Below are positions 49,255 through 62,110 of a stretch of DNA of 64,000 bases, piece by piece. The stretch is from assembly GCF_964213995.1 (NCBI RefSeq), contig NC_135817.1, forward strand, positions 53,134,001-53,198,000. The letters run 5' to 3'. The stretch is from Mustelus asterias. Lineage: Eukaryota. The number at the start of each line of letters is the position of its first letter. Within the stretch, counting starts at the first letter, position 1. Made by a program: the position numbers and the translations under genes. The notes under the pieces are model-generated. The model was given only the letters and a program-made list of their open reading frames with translations, was not told the DNA's origin and ran no database searches.

Positions 49255-49680
49255 GACATAACTGTTGTAATTTAGGAAACGCAGAAGCCAATTTGCATAT
49301 AAAAAGTTCCCACTAACCGAAATAAGATAACGACCATAGTATCTATTTTGGGCAGAGGGTGAGGGATAAATATTGACCAGGTCATTGGGAGAAGTCTCCT
49401 GTTCCTCTGTGAATGGCTCTTGCTACCAAATAAACCTGTTGGACTTTAACCTGGTGTTGTGAGACTTCTTACTCTGTGAATGGTGCCATAGAATCTATTC
49501 TATCCACTTGAGACGGTAGACAGAGTCGCAGTTTAACATCTCAGCTAAAAGATGGCATCTCGGATGCTCCAGCACTCCCTCAAATTGAGCTGAAGTGTCA
49601 ACTTAGATTACATGTTTAACCTTCAGGAGTGGACTTGAACCCACAACCATCTGACACAAAAGGCGAGAGTGCTGCCTATG
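49255..49680 (-). mobile_element. DeuSINE fragment
   Basis: Homologous to 41645-42015 (GTTTAACATCTC..AGCACTCCC). Confidence 0.62.
49417..49471 (+). mobile_element. 55-bp Penelope terminal micro-insertion
   Basis: TGCTACCAAATAAACCTGTTGGACTTTAACCTGGTGTTGTGAGAC with perfect 12-bp TSD CTCTGTGAATGG (49405-49416, 49472-49483). Confidence 0.85.
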
Positions 49681-51829
49681 TTGTTTATCTGTAATAGCTT
49701 CCAGTTCTCATGATGGATTTGTACCTGAAGTACTAACTTGTCTGCTCTCTCCACAGCGGCAGCCTCTCCTGCTGGGAGTTACTCACACTTTCTGTTCTAA
49801 ATTAAAATAGAATTTGAATTGAACATTTAATTAAAAATATTTTTTTCATATCTTATAAATTATTTATAAACTATTAAATATTGAATTTGCAATTTCCATA
49901 CAGATCATCATTCTACCCAAGATCAGGTTACCTGACACTTATTAACACATATCATTTTCCCCAGTTATGTTCAGCAGAACAATGGACGCAGTACTTTGTT
50001 TAATTCCTCCCTCACTCAGGGGCAAGATCTTGCTTTAGTCTTGACAATACAAGTCATTAGTGTTTCCAGTATAACTCTGTTGAGTTTTAGTTCTGATCCC
50101 TAAAGGGACTACAGAAAGGCATTCAAACTGAACACTAATGGAGTCAGAGCATAGTGTGCAAATAGCAGGAAATGGTGGCAAGTTATTATTTCAACTTTTA
50201 CAATCCCTTATGTATATATGGATTAACTTAATATCACTTCCCAAGGGGAAATGGTGGTGCACTGCTTTTCACTTCAATTGGATAATCATCTCTTTCAAGA
50301 AGTAGAGTTGAAAGTTACTGTGAAATACTTTTATTTATACATTTCTAATCAATTATAATCAGTTTTACACATTGAAACCGCTTCAGTCTCAGTGACATAA
50401 TAGTGTGGCAAGTTCAAAGAGCTCATCGACTTCATTAAACCTGAGAACATCTGATCCGCTGCCTTTACCATCTTCCTTCCACTAGCCTACCCGGCCAAAC
50501 TTCCTCTAAAGATCCCCCTCTGCACTAGCCCTGAGCTCACATCTTGCTCTAGTTTCTCTCCTATCCGAGCTCATCTGGTCCACAAGATTTCACCTTCCTC
50601 AACCCTATTTGCATGAAACTGCTAACATCCAAATTCCCTTCCTGCTCTTTATGTTAGTTGCTTTAGAGGTGCTCACTCTTCAGGTACAGTCCCACTTACC
50701 TTCGAATCTGCCATCAATAACTCTCTCCTTAAAAAAGGATCCTTGACTTCGCTACCATTCTTGCAAACTACCCCCCATCTCCAACCTCTCTTTGCTCCCC
50801 AAGTCCTTGAACATGTTGCGCCTCCCAAATCCATGCTCATCTTTCCCTCAACTCTGTGTTTCATTCCCTCCAATTAGGTTTCTGCCCCTGCCTCTGTACC
50901 AAAATGGCTCACATCAAATTAACAAATTACATCTTATGGGCGAACTTAGTGTCCTCCTCAATGGCGAGTTTGGTGGCAGGGAGTGCATTTAATCAGGAGT
51001 GAGGGTGGCGAATAGGGACATTGCCACCATCTCAACTTTGCCCCAATTAAGGCCATGGACAGTCTCCTGCCAGCCACCAAATGAGATCCTTCATGCTCAT
51101 TTAAGGGCCTCAACCCACCACCACTGGTATTCACCCAGCCACAGGCAGGGGACTCGCTTTGTGGGGAGCAAAGCAAACACTGTTATGAGCTCCTAGGGAG
51201 GTCCCTCCTTCAAAGACACTCAGTGCCTGATTGAGGGACTAATTTCAGAAGGATTTGGTGATGGTGGTGGTTGAGTGGGAGTGGTCACTGTGGGCCACAT
51301 ACTGCCCTTGCTGTCCAATTCCTGCTCAGCTGTCCCCTCATAAGTGATAGAAATCACAATAATAGCTCTGGGTGGTGCAGTTTTCCAGTTAATATGGAAA
51401 TTCATGTGTTTACCACATTCTCAACAGAAGTGCATAAATCGAATTCCAAAAAATGACACTTTTTTTCTCTTCCTTTTAAAATGACTTGCTAATGTTCTCA
51501 CTGTGAGCATTAACTATTTCTTGCAATACAGTTTCAAAGACAACCTTCAGTAACATGTCCATTAGTCATGTTTGAGCTTTGATAGTGAATATTGATGACT
51601 GTTTGACTTTAGAGGCATCACGGTCATGACCGTTGTCTAGCTAGTTTTACTTCGAAAGATATTAAGGCTAATTTACTGCCAACTACTAATTGGGGATTAA
51701 CTAAGGATTCAGCCGAGGGTCTTTCTGTTGTGTATGGCACAGCTACTCCTTGGGAAAGTTCATTGAATCGCTAAGGATGGACATCAATCTGTATTTCTGC
51801 AACCTTCAAATTGACATGTAAATGATCCT

Positions 51830-52265
51830 AGAATCAGAGAGTGATTACAGTAACAGAAGGAAGCCATTCAGCCCATCTTTCTGCTAGCTCACCTGGTCCT
51901 AGTCTCCTGCTTTTTCCCTTTGGCCCTGAACGTCTTTTCTCTTCAAATAATTGTTTAACTCTCTTTTGAAAATCATGATTGAATCTGCCTCCACCACAAT
52001 CCCAGGCAGTGCATTCCAAATCCTAACAACTTGCTACCTAAAAATGGTTTTCTTTATGTTGTCATTACTTCATTTGACAATAACCTTAAATTGGCGTCTT
52101 CTATTTCTGGATCCTGCTGCCAAGGGAAGCAATTTCTCCCTATCGACTGTGGCATGACCCCTCATGATTTTGAACACCTCTATCAAATCTCCTCTTAAAC
52201 TTATCTTCTCCAAGGAGACAGACCTCCAGTTTCGCCAATCTATCCACATAACTCATACTCCTTGT
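51830..52265 (-). mobile_element. CR1 3' fragment
   Basis: Reverse strand resembles L.GDLIEVFKIMRG and WNALPG. Confidence 0.75.
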
Positions 52266-53489
52266 CCCTATAACCGTTCTCATCTCCCCATGCATGTTTG
52301 CTTTAAGAGGAGGCAGGATGGAGGGCAAGGCGATACATAGCCGAGGTTGAGCTGAAGGTGGTGACGTGCACTTAAGGTAGAATGAATTTTCGCCTTAGAC
52401 TGTGTGGACGTTTTGTTGCTCTGGTACTCAGAGCCATTCCCTCGACTGGTACTGGTACATCCACAGATTGATGCAAAACATGTGAGTGAGAGGCAAACGG
52501 GCAAGCTGTGACCTCAGAGAGTGGAAGCTGGGATTCATGTCCCGGGAATCTTGGAGAAACCATTAACGTTAGGAGGGAGACCGGGTCTGGACACAGATCT
52601 GGAAAGGAGCTTGTACTGTTATTTGTGAAATAAATATTGAGGAAAACTGTTAAAAGTAACATCAGCTGGAAACAGGCACTAATATATCCCCATGAAGAAA
52701 TAGGAGTTCGTATGCAAACTTAAATTTTGTAAAATGTATATTAAAATAAAACATTTACTTATTTTTATGGGATCATTTTTATGGGATCATTTTCCTTTCT
52801 TTCCGTGGTTAACAATATTTTATTGATGAGACAGGAAGTGGCCTGTCAGTTTGGTGTGGACTGTGAAAGAGTGGGCAGGGAGATGAACACTGGTAGTCAA
52901 GGGACCAGGGTGGAAATAACCTGGAAAGGAGAGTGTTTGGGTTTGGAGACTGAAGCACAAACTGGCCAGAGAATGGTCTGGAGCACCGTGCAACACTATT
53001 GGGATGGTCACTGAGACCCAATACATAACTTCTCGCATTGTTGAAAGGTCCCTGGCAACCATCAGAGTGATCATACATAGACAATGAAAACAGAAAATGC
53101 TGGGTAAACTCAGTAGGTCTGGTATTTGTCAGGGACATTTTTATTTCAGATGTTCAGCATCCGCAGCACTTTGTGATCATTCGTTTCGTTTTCAGCTGTT
53201 TCCCAAAGACCAAAGTGAATTCTAGAGAGGGAATAAGATAAATCTGTTGGTTATTAATTGATCTTCCATGGTGGGCTGGGGGGGGGGGGGGGGGGGGGGG
53301 AGGGATGAACTGAGGCACTGTTGCACTCTTGACTCCTGACTAATCTCAGGATGTGCTTCCTCCTAGTCTGATTTAATGACCAATATTACATGGGTCTACA
53401 TTTAATTCCAGTTTCAGTTTCTGCAGGGTCTGGCCTTCTTACAGGTGCCTCACAACACCAGGTTAAAGTCCAACAGGTTTATTTGGCAG

Positions 53490-53526
53490 CACTAGCTTTC
53501 GGAGTCTCAAGCTCCTTCATCAGGTG
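53490..53526 (-). ncRNA. Minimal type-I hammerhead ribozyme motif (Penelope-associated)
   Basis: CAC-CUGAUGA-A-GGAG..CUCC-GAA-AGCU-A-GUG: core, stem II, palindromic stem III, stem I CAC/GUG. Confidence 0.75.
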
Positions 53527-53701
53527 AGTGAGGACTTGTGTTCACAAACAGGGCATATAAAGACACAAACTCAATTTACAAGATAATGGTTGGAATGCGA
53601 GTCAAGAGGCGAGTTACAGGCGAGTCAAGAGTTACAAGAAGATATCTTGTAAATTGAGTTTGTGTCTTTATATGCCCTGTTTGTGAACACAAGTCTTCAC
53701 T

Positions 53702-53738
53702 CACCTGATGAAGGAGCTTGAGACTCCGAAAGCTAATG
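53702..53738 (+). ncRNA. Minimal hammerhead motif on the host-gene sense strand (one stem I mismatch)
   Basis: CAC-CUGAUGA-A-GGAG CUUGAGA CUCC-GAA-AGCU-A-AUG. Confidence 0.65.
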
Positions 53739-54689
53739 CTGCCAAATAAACCTGTTGGACTTTAACCTGGTGTTGTGAGACTTCTTACTGTGGGGTACCC
53801 AGTCCAACGCCGGCATCTCCACATCTTCTTTCAGATGGCCATGTGGCTTCTCTTCTGCTAAACTTTCAGTTGCAATATAAACTCTTAAATCTAAATTATT
53901 AATTTAACGAAGCTAACATTTCCAGTCACAGCTTTTAAGTACTTAACGTTACTTCAAATTCCTCAATTTCCTGTTGCCACTGGATTGTTGCGTTTTTTCT
54001 GCTAGAAGTTGGTTAGCAAGCAAGTGCAGGGGAAGTCAGCAGATAATCCTACACTAAACATCTTGTCAGGAATGGAGATTGATGGATAAATAGATGCATA
54101 CCTGACCTGAGCTGCTACAGGATTACTACATTGGCATGCAGGAACTCTGAGCAGTTCACCATTGGGAAATCAAACACATTTCTACTAATTCTAGTATTTT
54201 ATTGCAGATCAGTTCTGCAACTGATAGGTAGTCCTATTTGGACTACCTGCCCCAAGTTAATAAAAGTTTAAGGGAAAGGGCAGTGTTGTGTGGATAAAAG
54301 AATGAATTCATTTCAATGCGGCTTGGAAGACCGCATTAGGATTTATCAGTTCTGTGTAAAAACTGAGCAACATTAATTGTCATATTGATTTTACTGTTTG
54401 ACTGTCCTGGATCCCTAGAAGCAGTTCAAAGCAGTTCATATGATTGACAAACATCATCTCAATAAAAACCTCACGCTTCTGATTTTACTTTTCCCTCGGA
54501 TATTTATTTTCTTATACTGGGCTTGCGCTTGGTGCATCCCATTACTGACAACCTGACTTAATCATTTAAAAAATATTTCTAGCATGTCTTAAAGGGCCAT
54601 ACTTTGCTGTCAAAATAATGGTGAGGATAGCAGTTTTCACTATTATGTGCAAAGATTATACCAGCTTCAGAAAATGTCAGATGTTGATT

Positions 54690-55540
54690 GTTTTTTTTAT
54701 TGTCACATGTATTGGGGTACAGTGAAAAGTATTGTTTCTTGCACACTATACAGTCAAAATATTACATCCATAGAGTACATAGGGGAGAAGGAAAGGATAG
54801 GGTGCAGGATATTGTGTTGCAGTTGCAAGTAGAATGAAGAGAAAGGTCAGCTTAATATATGATAGGACCATTCAAAAGTCTGATGACAGCAGGGAAGAAG
54901 TCTGTTGGAACATGTTTTCAGACTCTTGTATCTTTTTCCCAATGGAAAAAGGTGGAAGAAAGTATGTCCAGGGTGCGTGGGGTACTTGATTATGCTGGCT
55001 GCTTTCCTGAGGCAGCAGGAAGTGTAGACAGAGTCAATGGATGGGAAGCTGGTTTGCGTGATGAACTGGGCATTGTTCACAACCCTTTCTAGTTTCTGGC
55101 GGTCTTGGTCAGAGCAGGAGTCATACCAAGCTGCGATACATCTGAATAGGATGTTTTCTATAATGCATCTGTAAAAATTGAGTCGTAGTGGACATGCCAA
55201 ATTTCCTTTGGCTTCTGAGAAAGTAGAGGCGTTGGTAGGCTTTCTTAACCATAGTGTCTGCGTAGAGGGATCAGGACAGATTGTTGGTGATCTGAAAACC
55301 TAGAAACTTGAAGCTCTCGACTATCTCCACTTCATCACCAATGATGTAGACAAGGGCATGTCCACCACTACGCTTCTTGAACTCGATGACTATCTCCTTC
55401 ATTTTACTGACATTGAAGGAGAGATTATTCTCATTTCACCAGTTCATCTGATTCTCTATCTCTTTCCTGTATTCCGTCTAGTCATTGTTTGAGATCTGAC
55501 CCACTACAGTGGTATATCATCAGCAAACTTGAAAATTAAG
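54690..55540 (-). mobile_element. Rex1/Babar- or L2-group LINE 3' fragment
   Basis: FYRCIIENILFRCIAAWY..KLERVVNNAQFIT..HPGHTFFHLFPLGKRY; KFADD-like at ~55525. Confidence 0.8.
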
Positions 55541-56315
55541 TTGGAGTGGAGTTGGAGTTTGAAGCAGAAATCCAAAAGTTATTGCCTCAGTTGTATCTTT
55601 CCAGTTAGTTTCATTAAAAAAAACAACATCTGTCGGTCCCACTATTCAAATGCAATGAATGACCTGAAATTGTTATGCATGTACAGTAGATGCAAACTAA
55701 AGAAAGTTAAATCTTGTCATTGTCAGTTTAAGGATTTTTTAACAAAGTGATATGTCTTAATTACAGCTGAACAACTTATCTGGCACTGAAAATTGAACTA
55801 TTACAAGCATAAAGTCTCATTCTTTCAGGTTTTAATTGATTGGGATTTTTAAGATGCAACATTGTAAATCAAACATGTTCTTGCTTTTTCCTTGTCACTT
55901 TTTCAAGCTTTCTTTTAATCCAGTCTTTCTTTCCCTCTCGTTTAGTTCTCTTTCTGTACCTGATTTGGGATTGAATTTATCCAATGTTAATTTGCACTGC
56001 TCTTCATAACCCTGCAATCAGATGGGATAAGGAGATGTGCAGTTATTTACCCAATTCACCCAGGTTCCAGACATTGTCAGCTCATAGGTCCCCTAACTAG
56101 CAATGCAAAATGCCATTGCTGTTAAACACAACGGGTGGGATTTTGTGGCCTCGCTCGGTCAATGGAGATTTCTGTTGTCGGTGGTAGACTTCTGGCCTAT
56201 AAGCCTAACTAATGGTGAATGCCATTCGCTGCTCTGCGATAGCAAATTGTGGCTCATTCTTTTAAGATTTAGTCGGTTCAGGCACGAAGGGCTAACCGGT
56301 CTTATTCTGTGCTGC

Positions 56316-56463
56316 ATCATAGAATCCCTACAGTGCAGAAGGAGGCCATTCGGCCCATCAAGTCTACACCGACAACAATCCCACCCAGGCCCTATCTCCC
56401 TAACCCCGCGTATTTACCCTGCTAGTCCCCCTGACACTAAGGGCCAATGTAGCATGGCTAATC
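56316..56463 (-). mobile_element. 5'-truncated HE1 SINE
   Basis: Tail half only. Confidence 0.85.
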
Positions 56464-56599
56464 ATACTGTAATCAAGCTTTAGTTTACAGTAAACTGAAG
56501 TAAATTAGAACTCCTGTAAAACTGTTACCTTTAGGGGAGCAAAGCAATGAGATTTAGGAAAATCACCTCAGGAATAAGTGGATCCTTCCAGTCCATTTG

Positions 56600-57016
56600 G
56601 AGTTTAGACAATTAAATATTGTGGGTGTACTGAAGGGGGAATCTCATAGAAACCTATAAAATTATAACAGGGCTGGACAGGGTAGATGCAAGAAGGATGT
56701 TCCTGATGGTGGTGGTGTCCAGAAACGGGTCACAGTCTGAGGATACAGGGTAGACAGTTTAGGACGGAGATGAGGAGAGATTTCTTCACCCAGAGAGTGC
56801 TCAGCCTGTGGAAATTGCTACCACAGAAAGTTGTTGAGGCCAAAACATTGAATATTTTCAAGAAGGAGTTAGATATAGCTCTTGGGGCTAAAGGATTCAA
56901 AGAATCTGGGGGGGAAGGCAGGATCAGGCTCTTGAGCTATGATCATAATAAATGGCGGAACAGGTTCGAAGAACCGAATGGCATCCTCCTGCTCCTATTT
57001 TCTATGTTTCTATGTT
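56600..57016 (+). mobile_element. CR1 3' fragment
   Basis: RRDFFTQRVLSLWKLLP; TTCTATGTTTCTATGTT tail. Confidence 0.85.
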
Positions 57017-57037
57017 ACATGCTTGATATTTCAAATC

Positions 57038-57482
57038 CTGATGTGGAGATGCCGGCGTTGGACTGGGGTAAACACAGTAAGAAGTTTAACAACACCAGGT
57101 TAAAGTCCAACAGGTTTATTTGGTAGCAAAAGCCACACAAGCTTTCGAGGCTCTGAGCCCCTTCTTCAGGTGAGTGGGAATTCTGTTCACAAACAGAACT
57201 TATAAGACACAGACTCAATTTACATGAATAATGGTTGGAATGCGAATACTTACAACTAATCCAGTCTTTAAGAAACAAAACAATGGGAGTGGAGAGAGCA
57301 TCAAGACAGGCTAAAAAGATGTGTATTGTCTCCAGCCAGTGAAACTCTGCAGGTCCACGCAACTGTGGGAGTTACAAATAGTGTGACATAAATTCTGATT
57401 CTAGGATCGCATGATAAAGACTCAGGAGGAAAAAAGCAGAAATATTTATGTGAAATAGTGTGACATAAACCCAATATCCCGG
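57038..57482 (-). mobile_element. Penelope 3' fragment (second subfamily)
   Basis: Terminus TGATGTGGAGATGCC.. on + strand; reverse RDIGFMSHY C-terminus; TSD TTCAAATC at 57030-57037 and 57483-57490. Confidence 0.85.
57136..57172 (-). ncRNA. Minimal type-I hammerhead ribozyme motif, intact
   Basis: CAC-CUGAAGA-A-GGGGCU CAG AGCCUC-GAA-AGCU-U-GUG. Confidence 0.78.
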
Positions 57483-57859
57483 TTCAAATCTATTTAGTTC
57501 AAATCCAAGCAGGAATGGAGTTCATTGAGTACTCCTGGCCTGTTGTACCACCTGCCTCATTGTGCAATCCTATCCCATTGTGCTACCTGCTGTCAATGTG
57601 ATGCACATTGCCCTGGGGATCTAGCCTGGGAGTGCAAAGTGGGTACAGCAAATACTCCATGAACCTGAGCAGGTAACCCTGAGCAAACAAGATTTTGCAC
57701 CTTTGGTCCTCATTTGAGTGAGACCAGTGAGATGTGCACAAAGGCTGGGCATCCGGAAGCAGTCCAAACAGTGAAGAAACATTGTGTTTAGGGCTGCAAG
57801 AAGAAAGTATACTAAGTGACATGGGAATATTCATCAGTTTGCAGTGGTCGTAGTATTTT

Positions 57860-59060
57860 TTGGGTCTGCTGCCTGGTCATTTCCCTTTGTAACAGCCTAG
57901 TCCACTCCTCCATCGCCCCCAACACTTCATCCACTTCCCATGGCACTTCCCTATGCTATCACAGAAGGTGCAACACCTGCCCCTTTCCCTCCTCCCTCCT
58001 CACTGTTCCAGGGCCCAAACACTCCTTTCAGGTGAAGCAGCAATTCACTTGCACTTCCTCCAATTTGGACTCTGGGGAGTTTATTTTCTCTTATTTGGTT
58101 CCTCTGGCTTCTCCCAACACAACCCTACACCCTCCCCCACATAGCCACTGTTCCTTGTTGTTCAGTATTACTCCCACTGAGCATTTACTTTTGTTCTCCT
58201 TTTAACACATTCTGCTATCCTACCTTAGTCACTATTAACACTCTTCAGTCCCTACTGGCACCATTAACAACCTGGCACAGTGGTTAGCACTGCTGCCTCA
58301 CAGCGGCAGGGACCAGAGTTCAATTCCCAGATTGGGCCACTGTCTGTGTGGAGTTTGCACATTCTCCCTGTGTCTGCATGGATTTCCTCCGGGTGCCCCG
58401 GTTTCCTCCTGCACTCCAAAGATGTGTGAGTTAGGTGGATTGGCCGGGGTAAATTGCCTTTAATGTCAGGGAGATTAGCAGGTTAAATACTTGGAGTTAC
58501 AGTGATAGGGCCTGGGTGGAATTGTTGTGCAGGTTTGATGGGCCGAATGGCCTCTTTCTGCACGGTAGGGATTCTATGATTTTGATTCTATAATTTTGTC
58601 TCATTTCCATGACATCTTTGAAAATCTCTCCTCATCTCTGACCCATCACTGACTTTCCTGTCTTCCCCACCTCCTCTCTAAGTGTTCCTGCTGCTGTCAG
58701 ACTTTTGAATGGTCCTATCCCACATTAAGCTGATCTTTCTCTTCACCCTATTGGTAACTGCAATACTATATTCTGCACCCTACCTTTCTTTCTCCCCTAT
58801 GTACTCTATGAATGGTATGTTTTTTCTGTAATAGCTCGCAAGAAACAATCCTTTTCACTGTAACCCTATACACGTGACAATAATAAATCAATCAATAATT
58901 CTTCACATTTCTATCCCTTTTTAGTTCTGCACAAGAATCCTATGGACTCGGAATATTAATTGTGTTTCTCTCTCCACAGATGCTTCCAGGCCTGTTGCGT
59001 TTAACCAGCATTTTCTGTTTTTATTTCAGATTTCCAGCATCTGCAGTATTTTGCTGTTAT
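57860..59060 (+). mobile_element. Older decayed Penelope-like element (GIY-YIG region + 3' UTR) with nested insertions
   Basis: CYHRRCNTCPF..GPKHSFQVKQQFTCTSSNL resembles the region preceding GIY-YIG; 3' end CCAGCATTTTCTGTTTTTATTTCAGATTTCCAGCATCTGCAG. Confidence 0.7.
58273..58590 (+). mobile_element. HE1-type SINE
   Basis: Head, V-domain and tail. Confidence 0.9.
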
Positions 59061-59265
59061 TTGCGTGTTCGTATATAGTCTAGTGTGAACGTGGAACTGG
59101 GCAAAGATAGAGCAACAAGACCATTTGAGTTTCTGGGAGGGCTTTTAAACTAATTTAAATAAAACAATCCGTACAAAACTACCTGTAATAGGAAAGTCAT
59201 GATGTGGAGGTTGGAGCAACTAAAATGAAAATGCCTTCAGTTGCCCACTGTCAAGCAGACACTGA

Positions 59266-60098
59266 GGGTCCTATTTTACCATTTTGATTTTAAGTGCTGG
59301 GCGGACTTGAAACTGGGAGTGCTTCAGATCCGACTTTTAGACCCGTTCTCAGGCGCCCCCATACACACTCTGCCTGAAAAAATATCAGCGATTCCAAATA
59401 GTGCTGCAGAAGCCCGTGGGCAGGGCTTAACACACCCGAAACCCTGCAGCTCCGATCGGCGCCTCCAACTGCGCATGTGCAGAAGAAAAATAATAGAATG
59501 CTGCTCCCCTGCCACATCGCTCCCAGGCCGGATAATGTTCCCTCCTGGCCCCCAATGACATTGCCCCACCCCTCTCAACATTACTGACCCCCTATCCCCC
59601 CACCGCCACCCAGACCAATCGTGGGCCCCTTCCCCTCTTCCCCCCCAACTGATCTCAGGCAGAGTGGCAGCGGACCCCTCCTTCCCCACCACTGATCTCA
59701 GGAAGAATGACAGTGGACCCCCTTTCCCCGCACTGATCTCAAGCAGAGAGCTGTCCAATGCTCGGCACTTATCTCCTCACTAACTGGAGCGCCCGAATCA
59801 GACTTTTGTGGAGCATGTCTGTTTTGCGCCGATTCGGGATTGGTGAACGCGGTGGTAAAGGGGGAAGTGGCAGTAAGGTTGGGCCTGCAGCCCACTAAGT
59901 CAATTTAAATGCATGCAAATTCATTTAAATGGTCATCGCGCCCGTTTTGGGCGTGGTCTCGATCACGGCCATTTTTGAGCTTTGGTAAAGGGGGAACCGG
60001 CGTGGAGGCGGGCGCAGATCGCGCTACTCACCTCATGCCCGACTTCATCAAGTTTTCACGCCCGAAAGCGGACACAACTTGATGGTGAAATCGGGCCC
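59266..60098. mobile_element. Harbinger-type MITE (different subfamily)
   Basis: Imperfect TIR GGGTCCTATTTTACCA / TGGTGAAATCGGGCCC; no exact TSD. Confidence 0.7.
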
Positions 60099-60659
60099 TG
60101 CATGTCACCTGGGCATGAACTGCAGCTTAAATAATAGACAAGTAGTTAGGGGAAACCTGACCAGTGTTTTGATGTATTCTGGGCTGCAGGTGGCTGACTT
60201 GGCTGGGCCCAGGTGGTTTCAGTTCCAGATTATCCAGCTAGAAAATCAGAATTAGAACCAGTGTGAACTGAAATTGCTCTGAAGCACTGACATTCAACAT
60301 ATTAATTGCCTCAAGTTGTACTGTTTAAGACGTTAGATTTTGGTCTATTATAACTTGCAACAGCCATAACAAACAAGCACCACCTTTTCAGGTTAAATAC
60401 AGATTGTTTATTGGTCTTCAGTAAGACAAACTGATAGGCGGAGGCCATGTTCTCAAAATAAGAAACTCTAATCAATCTCCCCTGTTACTGTGAATAGTAA
60501 TGACCCAGGAGTGGTGTTTAGCTTCCAGACGATGTAACAATGCAGCCTACGGTGAATTTCACATGATATTGACAATCCTCTCATCACCTTCATGAGCACA
60601 GTTCTGAGAAACTTCGAATAATTGTACAGCATCCACACACTACTGGGCTAGGGCTCTCG

Positions 60660-61400
60660 TCATATCCGACCAGAGTCTTCAGGGAGTAATTCTCCTATCT
60701 CATTCCCAGCGAGTAGCAGTGTAGGCACCATCTCCATTTCGCAAAGGAGGTGCTCACTGAAATCTGCCATGTTTTTGCAAGAAGATCTTGTGGCCTCAGA
60801 GCAGGTCGTAAATGACATTGTCGGTGTGAAGGTGACTGTGGCCATAAACTTAGTGGCTTTCAGTTTGCAGCAAGCAACATCTCACACATCTTGCAGTTCA
60901 ATATCCACTCTTTTCTATAAGGGAGGTCACTGACTATCTGCATGTAAAAAGAGGGGAAACAATGCAGAAAGCGAGCACATGCCTTGCCAGAACAACTGGC
61001 TTCCCCATGCTTCAGGGAGCTGTTGACTGCACATACATCGCTTTGCAGGCACCACATGTAAATTCAGAAATGTACTAAATTGGAGTGTACCGTACCCTCA
61101 ATGTGCAGCTGGTGTGTGCAGCCCATGCCAGTCAATGCATGGCATCCTGACAGCAGTCATCATGCCTTTATTCTGCACCAGTTTGTTATGCCATCAGCAT
61201 TTGAGTCACCCACGGAGACCAGAAGGTCGTTGTTGGATGTCAAAGATTATCCACTGATAACCTGGCAACCTGCACACACAGCATTCATAAAACCGGAACC
61301 ACACTGCCACATGAAAAATCATCAAAAAGACCATTGGATATTTCAGCAATTCACCTACTGCTTGGACTGCTATGGAGTAATCCCGCATACTCTCACATTA
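60660..61400 (+). pseudogene. Decayed Harbinger (HARBI1-like) DDE transposase
   Basis: VKVTVA.N.., GFPMLQGAVDCTYIAL (cf. GFP.V.GAIDCTHI), WHPDSSHHAFIL (cf. PGS.HD.FIL), LLDVKDYPL (cf. LLGD.GYPL); many frameshifts. Confidence 0.75.
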
Positions 61401-61499
61401 TAAGTTGTCAAAATACATTGCACGCACTCTCTGATACATTTCCCTCTCTCTTACAAGACAAGCTGATGCGCAACCGAAGGGGAAGTGGGATGTGAGGAG

Positions 61500-62110
61500 A
61501 ATTAGGCATGTATGTAATATTTAGTTTCAGTCATGGCCTTTCCAAAGATGGTGAACACAATCTCCTTCATTGGGATGAGGTAGCCGTGTCTGTCCCCCGC
61601 TGGTTAGGTGCTGCTGCCTGTGATTCTGCATCACCGTGTCCTGTAAGAGAAAGGGAAATGTATTATTGAGTGCGGTGCAATGTATTTTGGTGATATGACC
61701 ATCATGGTTGAATAGCTTGCAGCAGTATGTGAGGGTGAGGTGAAGCAATGAATGTGAGGTAAGAATAAAGGTGAATAGAGCTGGTTAGTAGTCGAGTGAA
61801 GAGGATGGTGGTGATTGGCGCAGTGTGTGAGGCTGGTGGTTCATTTGTGGGGATTTGGTATTTGAAGATGCATTCACTGACCTTGACCACTCAGGTGAGG
61901 ACATTGAACTTCATGTGGAACTGCACCTGGAGTTACATTGCCTCAAAAGGTATCGGCTCCCATTACCTTTGCAGTATCGGTTTGGAGGGTCTTCTGATCT
62001 CCAGTGGGTAGGGGACCTCCCTCCTTCTCTCCATCTTCTGTATCACGGCCCCCATGCAGCACTATCCTGCTGTACCATCTTTTCCAGCCACTTTCAGCAC
62101 CTGCTACAGC
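61500..62110 (-). pseudogene. Possible convergent Myb/SANT-like remnant of the same Harbinger element
   Basis: Position and orientation typical of the Harbinger second gene; polypyrimidine-AG acceptor at ~61640; highly decayed. Confidence 0.35.

Larger units (their letters stand above)
53449..53826. mobile_element. Fold-back (inverted pair of 3' ends) Penelope insertion
   Basis: 53449-53585 and 53643-53779 are ~137-bp near-perfect inverted repeats of the Penelope 3' end. Confidence 0.9.

Noticed and set aside
52764-52793. Short tandem duplication TTTTATGGGATCATTTT
   Set aside because: Ordinary slippage duplication.
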